Shown here piece by piece: positions 46,653 to 57,319 of a DNA stretch of 64,000 nucleotides. Both the position numbers and the translations under genes were made by a program. The DNA comes from an uncultured Alphaproteobacteria bacterium (GTDB taxonomy: Bacteria; Pseudomonadota; Alphaproteobacteria; RF32; CAG-239). The stretch covers positions 35,004 through 99,003 of the forward strand of contig CALXRP010000003.1 of assembly GCA_944390885.1 (NCBI GenBank). The letters run 5' to 3'. The number at the start of each line of letters is the position of its first letter. Within the stretch, counting starts at the first letter, position 1. The notes under the pieces were generated by a model that was not told the DNA's origin, made no database searches, and saw nothing but the letters and a program-made list of their open reading frames with translations.

Positions 46653-47407
46653 TATTTTTCTCTCACAAAATCGGCATAGCCTTTTTCTTCCAGCTCCAGC
46701 GCCAGATTTTTATCACCGGATTTTACGATATGACCGTCGGCGAAAATATGAACATAGTCCGGAACAATATAGTTCAGCAGGCGCTGATAATGAGTAATGA
46801 CCAGCATTGAACGCTTGCCGTCACGCAAAGCGTTGACCCCACCGGCAACAACTTTTAACGCATCTATATCCAGTCCGGAATCGGCTTCATCAAGAATCGA
46901 CAAGTCGGGTTTCAAGATTGACATCTGGAGCGTTTCCAGCCTTTTCTTTTCTCCGCCGGAAAAACCGACATTGACCGGACGTTTTATCATCTCATTGCCA
47001 ATTCCGAGTTTTTGTCCTTCTTCCCGGACCAGTTTTAAAAATTCAAACGTATCCATTTCCGGCAGATTTTGGTGTTTGCGCACGGCATTGACGGCATGTT
47101 TCAGAAAAGTGGCGGTTGGCACGCCGGGAATCTCAACCGGATACTGCATACAGAGAAAGATACCTTCCCGGGCACGCTCTTCCGTTGACATAGCGGTTAA
47201 ATCTTTTCCCTTAAAACGTACGGAGCCGGAAGTGATTTCGTATCCGGGCTTGCCGGTCAAGACATAAGACAAGGTAGACTTTCCGGCACCGTTCGGCCCC
47301 ATAACGGCGTGAACCTCGCCTTCATTTATCGTCAGGTTAAAGCCTTTAATAATTTCCTTATCGCCAACGCGGGCATGTAAATCTTCAATTTCCAAAAGCG
47401 GCGTCAT
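46652..47407 (-). CDS. sufC: Fe-S cluster assembly ATPase SufC
   Basis: Walker A GPNGAGKST, ABC signature FSGGEKKR, Walker B ILDEADSGLD; 251 aa. Confidence 0.9.
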   Translation of the reverse strand: MTPLLEIEDLHARVGDKEIIKGFNLTINEGEVHAVMGPNGAGKSTLSYVLTGKPGYEITSGSVRFKGKDLTAMSTEERAREGIFLCMQYPVEIPGVPTATFLKHAVNAVRKHQNLPEMDTFEFLKLVREEGQKLGIGNEMIKRPVNVGFSGGEKKRLETLQMSILKPDLSILDEADSGLDIDALKVVAGGVNALRDGKRSMLVITHYQRLLNYIVPDYVHIFADGHIVKSGDKNLALELEEKGYADFVREK

Positions 47408-47462
47408 TTTCTTCTCTCAAATTTTGATTTTGTAACTTTAGTTTTATATATAGAGTATTTTT

Positions 47463-48194
47463 TTACATTTTCCAAGCAATCTTTACACGAGCCAGTTCAC
47501 GCCCGTCATTCAGGGAGCAAATGCGGTGCAGCGATATCTGTCCGTTTCGCTCGGTTTCTACAATAACCTTTTCTCCCAGGCGGCATTCTTTTTCAAACGC
47601 GACTTCAATTTCTTCCGGCGTGTGGGCGGTACGAAAATCTGCTCCGACGGCTTCTGCCGCCCATAACGGATAGACAGCATTGTTCACATGCTTGTTGAAA
47701 TCGATATCGTCAAAACGGACGTTGAACTCCATCCGGCAGTCAACGCGAGAAACATCGGCGATTTTCGGGAAATCAGTTTGCAGCGCGCGTTCGGGAATAA
47801 CCTGATATGCCGGCAATCCCTCTCGGGAAACAAGCGGACGTTTTTTGTGAAAATCTATCAGAATCCACTGGCTGGAAGCCGTTATGATATTTTCTCCGCA
47901 GCTGTCTGCCACAATAAAATCCCGGATTTTACCCAGTTTCTTTTCTGCCGACGGCCAGGTCTGAACCGTAATTTTTTCATGAAATTTCGGCAGGCGGTCA
48001 ATGTGAATATGATAATTCGTTCCGACCCAGGCAAGCCCCTGTTCCCGGCAAAAATCAAGCCCGAGTCCCATATCTGCGATATGGTTGTCCGCAATGTCCT
48101 GAAAAATATTCATTAACGTGATCAAGCGCAGTTCGCCGTTTTTATCACATTCATAACTGCGAATCAGATAGTCTTTTTTGAGCTTTTTCAGCAT
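47463..48194 (-). CDS. Acyl-ACP thioesterase-family protein
   Basis: 243 aa double hot-dog pattern (IRSYECDKNGELRLITLMNIFQDIA...; second half RMEFNVRFDDIDFNKHVNNAVY). Confidence 0.55.
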   Translation of the reverse strand: MLKKLKKDYLIRSYECDKNGELRLITLMNIFQDIADNHIADMGLGLDFCREQGLAWVGTNYHIHIDRLPKFHEKITVQTWPSAEKKLGKIRDFIVADSCGENIITASSQWILIDFHKKRPLVSREGLPAYQVIPERALQTDFPKIADVSRVDCRMEFNVRFDDIDFNKHVNNAVYPLWAAEAVGADFRTAHTPEEIEVAFEKECRLGEKVIVETERNGQISLHRICSLNDGRELARVKIAWKM

Positions 48195-49683
48195 TACAGA
48201 TTTCCTTCTCCAACCGATGCCGAATCATTTTGAACTTTCTCCGACACCGTTTTTTGCTGATGGTTCGCTTTAAGAACCCCAATCCAGACGTCGGTTTTTG
48301 TGCGACTTCGGTCAATTTTTGAGCGGGGTCATCATAACTAACGACCAGCCATTTCGCAACATTGTCGGTGATTTTTACACATTCCCGGTTTGAAATTTTG
48401 AAAATATTGCCGTTTAACGGCGTTTGAGCCGGCAGCTTTATTCCAAGCAGCGGCGCAAGCTCCCGGAAATAATCCGTTACATAGGCCGGACAATGGGTCG
48501 GAATCAGCAGCGGCGCCTGCAAAATCTTGTTCATTTTCACAATATCGCCGAGAAAACCGTGGCCATAACCCTGCAAAAGCGGCTCGTCCACGACGCTGGT
48601 AAATTTGATGCCGTGCAGATTCAGTTGTCCGCGCAGCGGGTTGAAAAACGTTCTGGCCGTGATGACGGCAAAACTGTCTTTCCGGCGGATGGAAAACTCA
48701 CGGCCGATATGGTTATATGTTCCGATAACAACATAATTATCTCCCAATTCTTCCAAACCGAAATCAGGGTGATAAATGACCTTTATCCGATTTTGAGCCA
48801 GCTTTCTGAAATCCAGACCGTATTCTATCATCAGATTGAGGTAGATATAAAAATCGCGCGTGCCGTAAAAGACAACATTTTTTTTGAGTTTTAGCGCCAC
48901 CAGAAATGCAATGACATACATTTCGGGATGGGTCGGATAAACCGGAATGAATATTTTAGGCTTGCCGCTTTTGCGCACAAGCTCCGCCATTTTTTTGAAA
49001 GTATCGCTTTCTTTCGGAGCAAAGCCATCATCCATCAGACGGCAGCAATCGGTAACCATACAATCAACTTTTCCGGACAACTCAGCCAGACGAGAAAAAT
49101 CCGTCGGTCGGCGGAAATAAATGCTGTCATCGGCTTTGAAATCTCCGGTATGATAAACCGTTCCGTTTGCCGATTTGATGATAAAGCCCAGAGAATCAAA
49201 ACAGGTATGCGAGGCTGCAACGGCCTCAACCGTCATGCTTCCGATTGTTATGACGTCACGCGGACAAATCTCTACAATTTGCGGGCAGGCTGAAGAAGGA
49301 ATCTCAAAATCTTTCAGCAGGTCTTCAAAGATCATCCGGGTATAACGGCTCATATAAACCGGCGGAAAGCGGTAGCCAAGCTTCAGATAATGCGCCAGGC
49401 CGTTTAAATGATCGGGATGGGAATGGGTGATAAAAACCGCGGAAATCGCCTGAGGAGAAGGCGGCAAAAATTCGCGAATGTCCGGAACTGCGGTATTGGC
49501 ACAGGGAACGCCGAGAGCTGAGTAGTTATCGTATTTTCCGACGTCAATAAGAATACTGCAGGTTCGGATTCCGGACGCAGAACGGGTGCAATCGATATAT
49601 CTGTAACAATGGCCGCTGATCTGGTCAACATTATTGCCGCCGAGAGGCTGCCAATACAGGCCTATATCTTTACACCCGTTCAC
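48151..49683 (-). CDS. Metallo-beta-lactamase-fold hydrolase, RNase J-like
   Basis: HSHPDH motif (FITHSHPDHLNGL), a downstream HTGDFK and a basic C-terminal tail. 510 aa. The 3' end overlaps the next ORF's start by 44 nt, so one of the boundaries is uncertain. Confidence 0.5.
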   Translation of the reverse strand: MNGCKDIGLYWQPLGGNNVDQISGHCYRYIDCTRSASGIRTCSILIDVGKYDNYSALGVPCANTAVPDIREFLPPSPQAISAVFITHSHPDHLNGLAHYLKLGYRFPPVYMSRYTRMIFEDLLKDFEIPSSACPQIVEICPRDVITIGSMTVEAVAASHTCFDSLGFIIKSANGTVYHTGDFKADDSIYFRRPTDFSRLAELSGKVDCMVTDCCRLMDDGFAPKESDTFKKMAELVRKSGKPKIFIPVYPTHPEMYVIAFLVALKLKKNVVFYGTRDFYIYLNLMIEYGLDFRKLAQNRIKVIYHPDFGLEELGDNYVVIGTYNHIGREFSIRRKDSFAVITARTFFNPLRGQLNLHGIKFTSVVDEPLLQGYGHGFLGDIVKMNKILQAPLLIPTHCPAYVTDYFRELAPLLGIKLPAQTPLNGNIFKISNRECVKITDNVAKWLVVSYDDPAQKLTEVAQKPTSGLGFLKRTISKKRCRRKFKMIRHRLEKEICNAEKAQKRLSDSQL

Positions 49684-49699
49684 AGTCCTTGTTTTCTAT

Positions 49700-50461
49700 C
49701 TAATATTGTTTGTTCTGACGGTACTCTTCCAATTTTGCTTCCCGCCATGCTTTGGAATCCGCAATCAAACGGGCTTCACGCTCGGCATTTGCCGGGATTG
49801 CCCGGAGAGTTTGCGGTCTTTTTCGAACGGCGGCCTTCAATTGTCTGTTTTCCGGAGCAGACATTGACGCCAGCTTTTTAAGTTCCATCGTATTATGTGC
49901 CTGTTTTACTTTTTCATAAGCAGACACCAGTTTGTTTTTGTAACGCAAAGCCTTTTTAGGAACACTGGAATGATAAGCCATTGCGGCCTTAATCCAGTCG
50001 TTATCGCGGCTCTCATACAGGTTTTTCAAAAATTTTGCGGCATATTCGGCATTTTTATACGGATCAAAAGCCTCATCAAGATTTTTGAAAGCATCCGGGT
50101 GATACGCCAGATTAATTTGCATACAGCCGACATCTATGCTTCTGACACCCTGCGCCTGAAGTTTTTTGACGGCGCGAATTGCCTCTGCTTTGGTTTTGTA
50201 ATAGGTTCCCTTTCCTTGGGAGTTTACAGTCCAGGGCCAAGCAAGGCTCTGCTGCATTTTTGCATTCCAACGCCCTGTTTCAACACTGGAGATTGTGGTC
50301 AGCAAATGTTCTTTGATCTGATATTTTTCTTCTAATTTCGTGGTGGCGTTCAGGCAGGCAAGAGCATCGTCAGCAACAGCTTTCTCAACGGCTTTTGCCT
50401 GTACGGGCTGAATCAACATCAGCACAATTAAAAAAAACATTAAAAATTTTGACACGCTCAA
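49700..50461 (-). CDS. Secreted lytic transglycosylase (SLT domain, VirB1/IagB-like)
   Basis: Signal peptide MFFLIVLMLIQPVQA. Catalytic Glu context SSVETGRWNA, then AWPWTVNSQGKG and VGCMQIN. Confidence 0.7.
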   Translation of the reverse strand: MSVSKFLMFFLIVLMLIQPVQAKAVEKAVADDALACLNATTKLEEKYQIKEHLLTTISSVETGRWNAKMQQSLAWPWTVNSQGKGTYYKTKAEAIRAVKKLQAQGVRSIDVGCMQINLAYHPDAFKNLDEAFDPYKNAEYAAKFLKNLYESRDNDWIKAAMAYHSSVPKKALRYKNKLVSAYEKVKQAHNTMELKKLASMSAPENRQLKAAVRKRPQTLRAIPANAEREARLIADSKAWREAKLEEYRQNKQY

Positions 50462-50723
50462 ACGTATCCCTCTTTTCCCTCAAAACGCCACAAATATCCC
50501 TCGCCTGCAGTAAAGCAGTCAATTTCAATCTGCTAACGGCATGATGTAAGTTTGATAACTATCTATTTTGAGGTTGGTTAAAAAACTTAAGTATAAACTC
50601 CTATTTGTTATCTATAACGCCGCAAACATATCAAACAAGCGGCATGCAATATACAAAATAAAGCAACTTAACGCTTACCATATAAACAAGATAAGCTCAA
50701 AAACAAGGGTGGTTATAGCATTA

Positions 50724-51629
50724 TTATTTCGGAGAGTCTAGCAAAAATTTTCCAAGGGATATCAAAGACTCGCAGACGTCGTCGCTAACTTTCTGAAAAT
50801 TCTTTGTTTTTTTATACACATTTTCATCCATGTAAAGACGTCTGTTTATCTCTAATTGCAATGTATAAATGTTTTTTCTTGGCTGGCAATAATTAAAAGT
50901 TATATATGCCCCGGCGTATGGACGGTTGTATTCTGCCCGGTACCCTTTTTGGGCAAATGCCTCATACAGTCTGGAAGATATGCGCGGCGGGCAGCTTTCA
51001 TCAAAAAGCGTACAAAGGCAAAATTCCACCGGCCGCTCCTCCGTCATAATCCGGCAGATTTTAGACGGCATGGAATGACAGTCTACCAAAAGGCAAAAAC
51101 CAAATTTTTTGGTACAGCGGTCTACCAGCTGCTTTAACTTTTTATGATAGACATCATATACATTCTTTATACGATCCTGCACTTCATCATAAGACAGCAA
51201 ACCGTCATAAATATTTTTGTTTTGGGCAACGATGCGATGAACAACGCCGAGCCCTACCCTGCAGCGACGACTGCCACCAATATTATTTTGCGGCTGCGGA
51301 TGGTTGAAATACATTGTATCGTCAATTTCAATCTTATCCCGATTGACATCAATAAATGTCCGGGGAATGTTCATGGCGATCATCGGCATGCCTGCTTCAG
51401 ACGCCCCGCGCACCAGTTCATCGACAAAACAGTCTTCCGACATGCGGAGTTCATCTTCGCTCAGGATACTGTGTGCCAAAAATTCCGGCGGGAAATCATG
51501 TCCGCTGTGCGGCGATGACAAAACAACCGGATACGTAAAATCTTTGGTATTGTATTCGGTAAAGATTTTTAGTTTGGAATAGTCTACTTTGAAATCCAGT
51601 TTTTTTACGGCCACAGTTTGTCCTTTCAT
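50724..51629 (-). CDS. N-formylglutamate amidohydrolase-family protein
   Basis: 301 aa with SSPHSGHDFP and CLLVDCHSMP. The pattern is consistent with the HutG/FGase zinc-hydrolase family. Confidence 0.5.
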   Translation of the reverse strand: MKGQTVAVKKLDFKVDYSKLKIFTEYNTKDFTYPVVLSSPHSGHDFPPEFLAHSILSEDELRMSEDCFVDELVRGASEAGMPMIAMNIPRTFIDVNRDKIEIDDTMYFNHPQPQNNIGGSRRCRVGLGVVHRIVAQNKNIYDGLLSYDEVQDRIKNVYDVYHKKLKQLVDRCTKKFGFCLLVDCHSMPSKICRIMTEERPVEFCLCTLFDESCPPRISSRLYEAFAQKGYRAEYNRPYAGAYITFNYCQPRKNIYTLQLEINRRLYMDENVYKKTKNFQKVSDDVCESLISLGKFLLDSPK

Positions 51630-51781
51630 TGTTTGAGTGTTTATTGTTGCAAAAAATCATTAAATTTTTGATAACATGTCTTAAAAAAGCTGAGGAAGGC
51701 CAAATTTTGAGAGATTTTAAATTTTATAAAAAAATTTCTTGCCTTTTTATTTTTCATCCTTTATATATCTTGGGTATTAAC

Positions 51782-51856
<75 letters not shown>

Positions 51857-51865
51857 ATTCTTAAA

Positions 51866-51897
51866 GAACAGCCTGTCCGGACAGGCTGTTTTTTTCT
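51866..51897 (+). terminator. Rho-independent terminator after tRNA-Val
   Basis: acagcctgtccggacaggctgt followed by ttttttt. Confidence 0.6.
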
Positions 51898-51956
51898 TGC
51901 CCGGGGAATCGCTTTGTGATATAGTGAAATGAACAGCAACCGGCAGGAGCCTATTT

Positions 51957-53909
51957 ATGATTTCGCGACAAGAAGCTTTACAAAACTGGCAGGAAAACGG
52001 AATGGACGAGATTGTCTGCCATATTGCGCAGGGCAGTTTTTATGCCGGCCGCAATCCGGCTTCTTTGAATTTTGAAGAAAAAACCGAGTGCAGAAACTTT
52101 TCTGAAAAAACAGCAAATATTTTATATAATTTGGGATTTGAAGACTTTTTCAGAAAAGAGCAAATTTCCAAAAGAGATATTCATACTTTTAGCGGCCGCA
52201 ATACTTATCTGACTTTGATTAATTTATATGATAAAGAGTTGACTGCCCGCTGTCTGAAATATTCAAAAGCTTACGGAAAGCTGCAGCAGAAATATCATTT
52301 TGACGACAGTTACAGAGATTTGGCCGGAGAAATTTTGCCCGGTGTTTCAAAATGTGCCGACTTTTTATGTCCTGAAAAGCCGGAGATGCTTTTTGAAAAT
52401 GCTTTATCGACATTGAACAAATTTGTCAATCGGGGGGATGATGCCGAAGAGATATCTTCTCTTATGGGTAATGTTTATAGTGTAGATTACGAAAACGGCC
52501 GTAATTTTAAGGCCATGCAGCTAAAATACCTGCAAGAAATGTTGAGGCGCAATATTAATACGGATCTCTTAAAGGTTCTTAACTCGGCCTTTTACACAAT
52601 CTATTCCGACCGGCCCCAGCGCCTGAGCGAAACAACTTATCCGGGGTTGTTGCAAAACGTGCTTTCCGAAGCTATTTCCAATCCTAACTCGTTGTTTTGT
52701 AAGCAGACCAATATGTACGGGACGCAAAATCATACTTACGGAATCGGGGATTATACATATCAGGCTTATACCAGCAGGGTTACTCCGGAAAATCTTCATG
52801 AGCTAAAAACCATCGCCAAAGAACTTCCGGCTACGGATTTTGACATTTTTCAAAGCAATCGACAGGACGGTATTGCCCTGAGCCGCACATACGGCGGACT
52901 GCGAGATTTGATTCACGATGAAATCCGCGGCGTTAATGAAGTTATTGACCAAATGGTTGCTTTTTATGACAGCCACGGCAATGCGCCGACAGATAAAATT
53001 ATTAAAGCCCTGGGAAAAAGCAATGCCGCACTTGAGCTTCAGAGTTATGATAAGGTTATTACTTATAAAAACAGAGAGAAAAAGGAAATTTCAGAGAGCA
53101 ATATTGCCATTTTACGACGGTTGCAAAAAAACATGCAGCAAAGCAGAGGAAAATGTCCGAAAGTTCAAGACGAAACGCAGCCGTTGATTGATGAGATTGA
53201 GAACAGCAAATATGTTCCGGGCGAGGCACTTCAGAAGCTGCTGACCGGATTTAACCAGAAAATTGAAAACAAAATGACGCGCAGAGAAATCGGCATTGCC
53301 CCGCAAGAAATTGACTTTATCAACTGGGCAGACAAGAAAGCCCAGCAGTATCTTAATGATATGAGCTTTGAAGAACAATGCGGCTTTTATAAGACCCCGT
53401 TATGTTATGAAATTTTAAAGTTTAATGAATTGACCAACAGTCCGGCGACAGAGTTCTCGGCGGCAGAATTTGATCATTTTTATCTTACACAAGTTTTTCA
53501 TGCCCCGACAATGCGCCAGGCCTACCAAAATATTGCCGGCAGACAAAACAGAAATATGTTCGGGCTGATGGAAAAATACGAAAAAATTGCCGAGAAGAAC
53601 CGCTTGCAGGCAAAGCTTATTTTCTCGGATCCGAATGTTTCTTACAGCGAAGATTTTAAATCTTCTTCTTTTGACGATATTGAGCAACAAAAGCGTGAAC
53701 GAATTGCCGGCATTGCTTCCGGAAACTGTATGAAAGCGCTGCAAAACCTGACTCAATATAAGGAGGCTTCCAGCGATATCGGCGCCCGTTACCGCAAAGA
53801 GCTGGAAGCTACCGATCCGCTGCGCCGCGATTTTGATATTTTGCTTACTGACATGAACAAAAAGGGGATTGATCTTTCCGTCCGTTTTAGAGGCAGAGAA
53901 AGAAACTAA
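51957..53909 (+). CDS. Large hypothetical protein (650 aa), no recognisable domain; possible effector or island cargo next to tRNA-Val
   Basis: Long open frame, hydrophilic, no TM segments or signal peptide visible. The promoter region is AT-rich. Confidence 0.45.
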   Translation: MISRQEALQNWQENGMDEIVCHIAQGSFYAGRNPASLNFEEKTECRNFSEKTANILYNLGFEDFFRKEQISKRDIHTFSGRNTYLTLINLYDKELTARCLKYSKAYGKLQQKYHFDDSYRDLAGEILPGVSKCADFLCPEKPEMLFENALSTLNKFVNRGDDAEEISSLMGNVYSVDYENGRNFKAMQLKYLQEMLRRNINTDLLKVLNSAFYTIYSDRPQRLSETTYPGLLQNVLSEAISNPNSLFCKQTNMYGTQNHTYGIGDYTYQAYTSRVTPENLHELKTIAKELPATDFDIFQSNRQDGIALSRTYGGLRDLIHDEIRGVNEVIDQMVAFYDSHGNAPTDKIIKALGKSNAALELQSYDKVITYKNREKKEISESNIAILRRLQKNMQQSRGKCPKVQDETQPLIDEIENSKYVPGEALQKLLTGFNQKIENKMTRREIGIAPQEIDFINWADKKAQQYLNDMSFEEQCGFYKTPLCYEILKFNELTNSPATEFSAAEFDHFYLTQVFHAPTMRQAYQNIAGRQNRNMFGLMEKYEKIAEKNRLQAKLIFSDPNVSYSEDFKSSSFDDIEQQKRERIAGIASGNCMKALQNLTQYKEASSDIGARYRKELEATDPLRRDFDILLTDMNKKGIDLSVRFRGRERN

Positions 53910-54085
53910 TTTCAGTATTTTTAATTAGTTTCGAGTGTTACAAATTTAATATGTGTGTATAAAAATTGTGTGTAAAAAAGTTTTGGTTCGGCAGATATTT
54001 TATATTGCATAAAACGCTTCTCTATTGATTCTCCGTAAAATTGGCTGTAAATTGAGGCCAAAACTTATTCAACGAAGGGAATGTC

Positions 54086-54769
54086 ATGACGGAAAATGCA
54101 GCGGGAAAAACAAGAAAAAACCAGAAAAAGACACGGCGAAAAAAAGAAAACATTTTCAAAAATTCTCGACAGACAGAATCGAAACCTAAAAGAATCTTAG
54201 AGACAGAAAGAAGAGCAAAAGCTCAACCGCGCGTATCGGCAGCATCTCTTTCTGAGCCTTGCTCTTCCTGCTTAAAGCCTTATGAAATTTATATTATTGT
54301 TGCCGTTTTGGCTCTTTTGGCTTTGATTGCTTATACAATCAGCCAAAGCTCTCTGCCTGAAAAAACAGATTTGCCCCCAAATGAAACAACGGAAACAGAA
54401 GAAAGCGAAATGCCGGCGGGACCAGTCAGTATTCTTGGTTTTACTGAACTGAAAGATCAGTACGCTCTTTGTGCCAATTTGTTGTTTCAAGCCCAATATG
54501 ATACAGGGAATATCGCCGGCAGTATGGAGATTTTACAAATTGCCAATCAGAAATATCAGCGTCTGACAGGGGAGCTGATTGAACAAAATCCGGCCATGCA
54601 GGCAGAAGAAATAGAAATTTTACGGCAAATTATTCATGATGCAGAACATCCGGAGGCCAAGCAGCACCTTATTGAGGACTGTACCGAAGCTATTACGATT
54701 TTTGAAGAAATGTATAATCGGCAAGAAATGATTGATTTTAACGCTGCCAAAGAAAATGCCGGAGATTAA
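54086..54769 (+). CDS. Hypothetical single-pass membrane protein with highly basic N-terminus
   Basis: K/R-rich N-terminus (KTRKNQKKTRRKKEN), one TM helix (IYIIVAVLALLALIAYTI), acidic C-terminal domain. Confidence 0.4.
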   Translation: MTENAAGKTRKNQKKTRRKKENIFKNSRQTESKPKRILETERRAKAQPRVSAASLSEPCSSCLKPYEIYIIVAVLALLALIAYTISQSSLPEKTDLPPNETTETEESEMPAGPVSILGFTELKDQYALCANLLFQAQYDTGNIAGSMEILQIANQKYQRLTGELIEQNPAMQAEEIEILRQIIHDAEHPEAKQHLIEDCTEAITIFEEMYNRQEMIDFNAAKENAGD

Positions 54770-54784
54770 CTTCGGCATTTATTG

Positions 54785-55762
54785 TCAGCAAATTACATCG
54801 AATTCGCTTTTCAGATCTCTTTCAAACATAGACTTCAAAACGCTTTTAATATCGGCTTTTTCATATACGGCTTTATAAAGCGCCTGACAGATCGGCATAT
54901 CTATTCCCTGTTCGTCAGCAATTAACTTTACCGCTTTTAATGTAGCCACACCTTCGGCCAGTTTGCCAAAGTTCTCTCCTCTTGCAAACATTTCGCCGAA
55001 TTTGCGATTATGGCTATGCGGAGAGAATAAGGTTGCCTCATAATCGCCCAAATGAGCCAAGCCATAGGCATTTTGCGGATTGCCGCCAAAATGTTTGATA
55101 AAACGTCCGACTTCTATCGGAGCGCGTGCCATTAATGCGCCTTTCAAACCGTACCATTCCAAACCATCTAAAATGCCGGCAGCAATACCGACGACATTTT
55201 TTAAGGCTGCGCCAATCTGATTGCCGATCATATCTGTTCCGTAATAAAAACGTATCAGATCACTTGACAGGAGTTTGATCAGACGGTCTTTGGTTTCCGG
55301 CTCGTAGCTGTCAATCACGGCGCAGGATGGAACACCTTTCATATAATCTTGTACATGACCCGGGCCGACAATAATTGCGACATGAATATCTTGCCGTATT
55401 TCTTCCTGAAATACCTGCTGTAAAGTTTTGGCACTCGGTTCTTCCAGCCCTTTCATTGCCAAAAGAAAGGTTTTTCCGGACAAATCATACCCATTCAGCT
55501 GACGTGCCAATGAACGCAGATGCTGGCAGCCGATAGAAACGATGATTATATCATTTTGTAAAACTTCCGCAACATCCTCGTGCAGTACCATATTGTCGGA
55601 AAGTTTAAGATAGGCATTTTTACGGGTATCACGGAGTTCGATAAAATTCGGCGAAGTCGGAATATCATACATATCGACTTGTTCAAAACCGGCATAGTTT
55701 CCGGCATACCAGCCCAGAAACGTTCCCCAGCGTCCGCATCCGATTAATGAAATTTTCTTCAT
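54785..55762 (-). CDS. gpsA: NAD(P)H-dependent glycerol-3-phosphate dehydrogenase
   Basis: Rossmann start (KISLIGCGRWGT), catalytic region and C-terminal helical domain; 325 aa. Confidence 0.85.
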   Translation of the reverse strand: MKKISLIGCGRWGTFLGWYAGNYAGFEQVDMYDIPTSPNFIELRDTRKNAYLKLSDNMVLHEDVAEVLQNDIIIVSIGCQHLRSLARQLNGYDLSGKTFLLAMKGLEEPSAKTLQQVFQEEIRQDIHVAIIVGPGHVQDYMKGVPSCAVIDSYEPETKDRLIKLLSSDLIRFYYGTDMIGNQIGAALKNVVGIAAGILDGLEWYGLKGALMARAPIEVGRFIKHFGGNPQNAYGLAHLGDYEATLFSPHSHNRKFGEMFARGENFGKLAEGVATLKAVKLIADEQGIDMPICQALYKAVYEKADIKSVLKSMFERDLKSEFDVIC

Positions 55763-55875
55763 GGCTTGTCCTTTGCAAAAGTTCGGGAATTGTAATAGTT
55801 ATTTTATAAGATATTCTGAAAAGATTGGCAAACGCTTTATTGACTTATTGTCAAAAAATGGAGAGATGAAGAATT

Positions 55876-56250
55876 TTAAGACAGGCTGCTTTTTTTGGCA
55901 AGCTGCCGGTTGATGATGGCGCCTACATAGTCAAACTCTTCAAAAGACCGGTAGGCAACATCATGACGTTTTTTATCATAATCATAAAAGACTTTGTTGG
56001 CCAGGCTGTCTATTGCCTCATCTATTTTCTGAAAAGCAGCATTATAGTCATTATTGTAGTGATTACGAGATTTTTTCTTGACGATTTCATGATAGGCGGA
56101 GATGACTTTTAAAGTTTCGTCGGCTGAGTTTGCATAGCCTTTTTGTTCAAAGTCATGCATAATTTTTGCGGTTGTCTGATAGAAACATTTATTGGTTAAT
56201 ATGCTTCTTTGTTTTTTATTGTTACCATCAATAATCATTACACCATCCAT
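55876..56250 (-). CDS. Hypothetical protein (124 aa)
   Basis: ORF only; no domain recognised. Confidence 0.3.
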   Translation of the reverse strand: MDGVMIIDGNNKKQRSILTNKCFYQTTAKIMHDFEQKGYANSADETLKVISAYHEIVKKKSRNHYNNDYNAAFQKIDEAIDSLANKVFYDYDKKRHDVAYRSFEEFDYVGAIINRQLAKKSSLS

Positions 56251-56368
56251 GGTTTCAAATTATAATAATGATGTAGCATAAACTTTCGGATTTTTCAACA
56301 GTAAAATAAAAAAAACGGCGGAACATAAGGGAAAACCTTATTTCCGCCGTGGGATAAATCAGGCCCGA

Positions 56369-57307
56369 CTATTCAACATTTCCAAAAGGATTAACGTTTT
56401 TAGCGGCTTCCTGAGTTTTGCGCAAATCAAACAAATTCAGGATAACGGCCGAAACATAAATAGAAGAATATGTTCCGACAACCACACCCCAAACGATTGT
56501 GAACGAGAAACTGCGCAAAGTGTCTCCGCCAAAAATCAGCAAAGACAATGCAGCAAAGATTGTGCTCAACCCTGTCAGCAAAGTTCTGGAAAAAATATCA
56601 TTGATACTTTTATTTAACAGAGCTTCTTGCGGCATTTTGGTAAATTTGTGCAGGTTTTCCCGAATACGATCATAGGTCACTACGGTATCATTTACCGAAT
56701 AACCGGCCAATGTCAGAATTGCGGCAATGGTTGTCAGGCTGAAATCCATTCCGAAGAGGGATAACAAGCCCAAAGTAATGATAATATCATGAAACAGACC
56801 GAGCAAAGCCCCTAATGCAAACTGCCATTCAAACCGTATCCAGATATAAGCAGAAATGGCAAGGATGGCTATCAGAGAAGCTACGGCACCGTCAATTTTC
56901 AACTCATTACCGACCTGGGGGCCTACGGTTTCAATCCGGCGATATTCAACATCACTGCCCAAAACTTCTTTGATGTTTTTGACTGCAATGCGCTGCGCTT
57001 CCTCGTCCAGATTATCGGCCTCGGCACGAATCATCAATTCGTCCCCTTTATCGCCGATTGTCTGCAAATTGACTTCGCCGATATTAACACTTTCCAGCTT
57101 GTTTCTGATCTCTGTTAAATCAAAAGGCTGCTCGCTTTTTATCTCCATCAAAATGCCGCCGGAAAAGTCAATGCCAAAATTAAAGCCCTTTACGGCAATC
57201 AAGGCAACAGACAAGACAAAGCTGACAATAGAGATGCCATAAGTCAGTTTTTTGGCGCCCATAAAATTGATGTTTGTGTCTTTGGTAATCCAACTAAAAA
57301 TTCTCAT
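56369..57307 (-). CDS. secF: Protein translocase subunit SecF
   Basis: 312 aa, 6-TM SecDF family. Immediately downstream of secD. Confidence 0.9.
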   Translation of the reverse strand: MRIFSWITKDTNINFMGAKKLTYGISIVSFVLSVALIAVKGFNFGIDFSGGILMEIKSEQPFDLTEIRNKLESVNIGEVNLQTIGDKGDELMIRAEADNLDEEAQRIAVKNIKEVLGSDVEYRRIETVGPQVGNELKIDGAVASLIAILAISAYIWIRFEWQFALGALLGLFHDIIITLGLLSLFGMDFSLTTIAAILTLAGYSVNDTVVTYDRIRENLHKFTKMPQEALLNKSINDIFSRTLLTGLSTIFAALSLLIFGGDTLRSFSFTIVWGVVVGTYSSIYVSAVILNLFDLRKTQEAAKNVNPFGNVE

Positions 57308-57319
57308 TTTTCTTATTCC

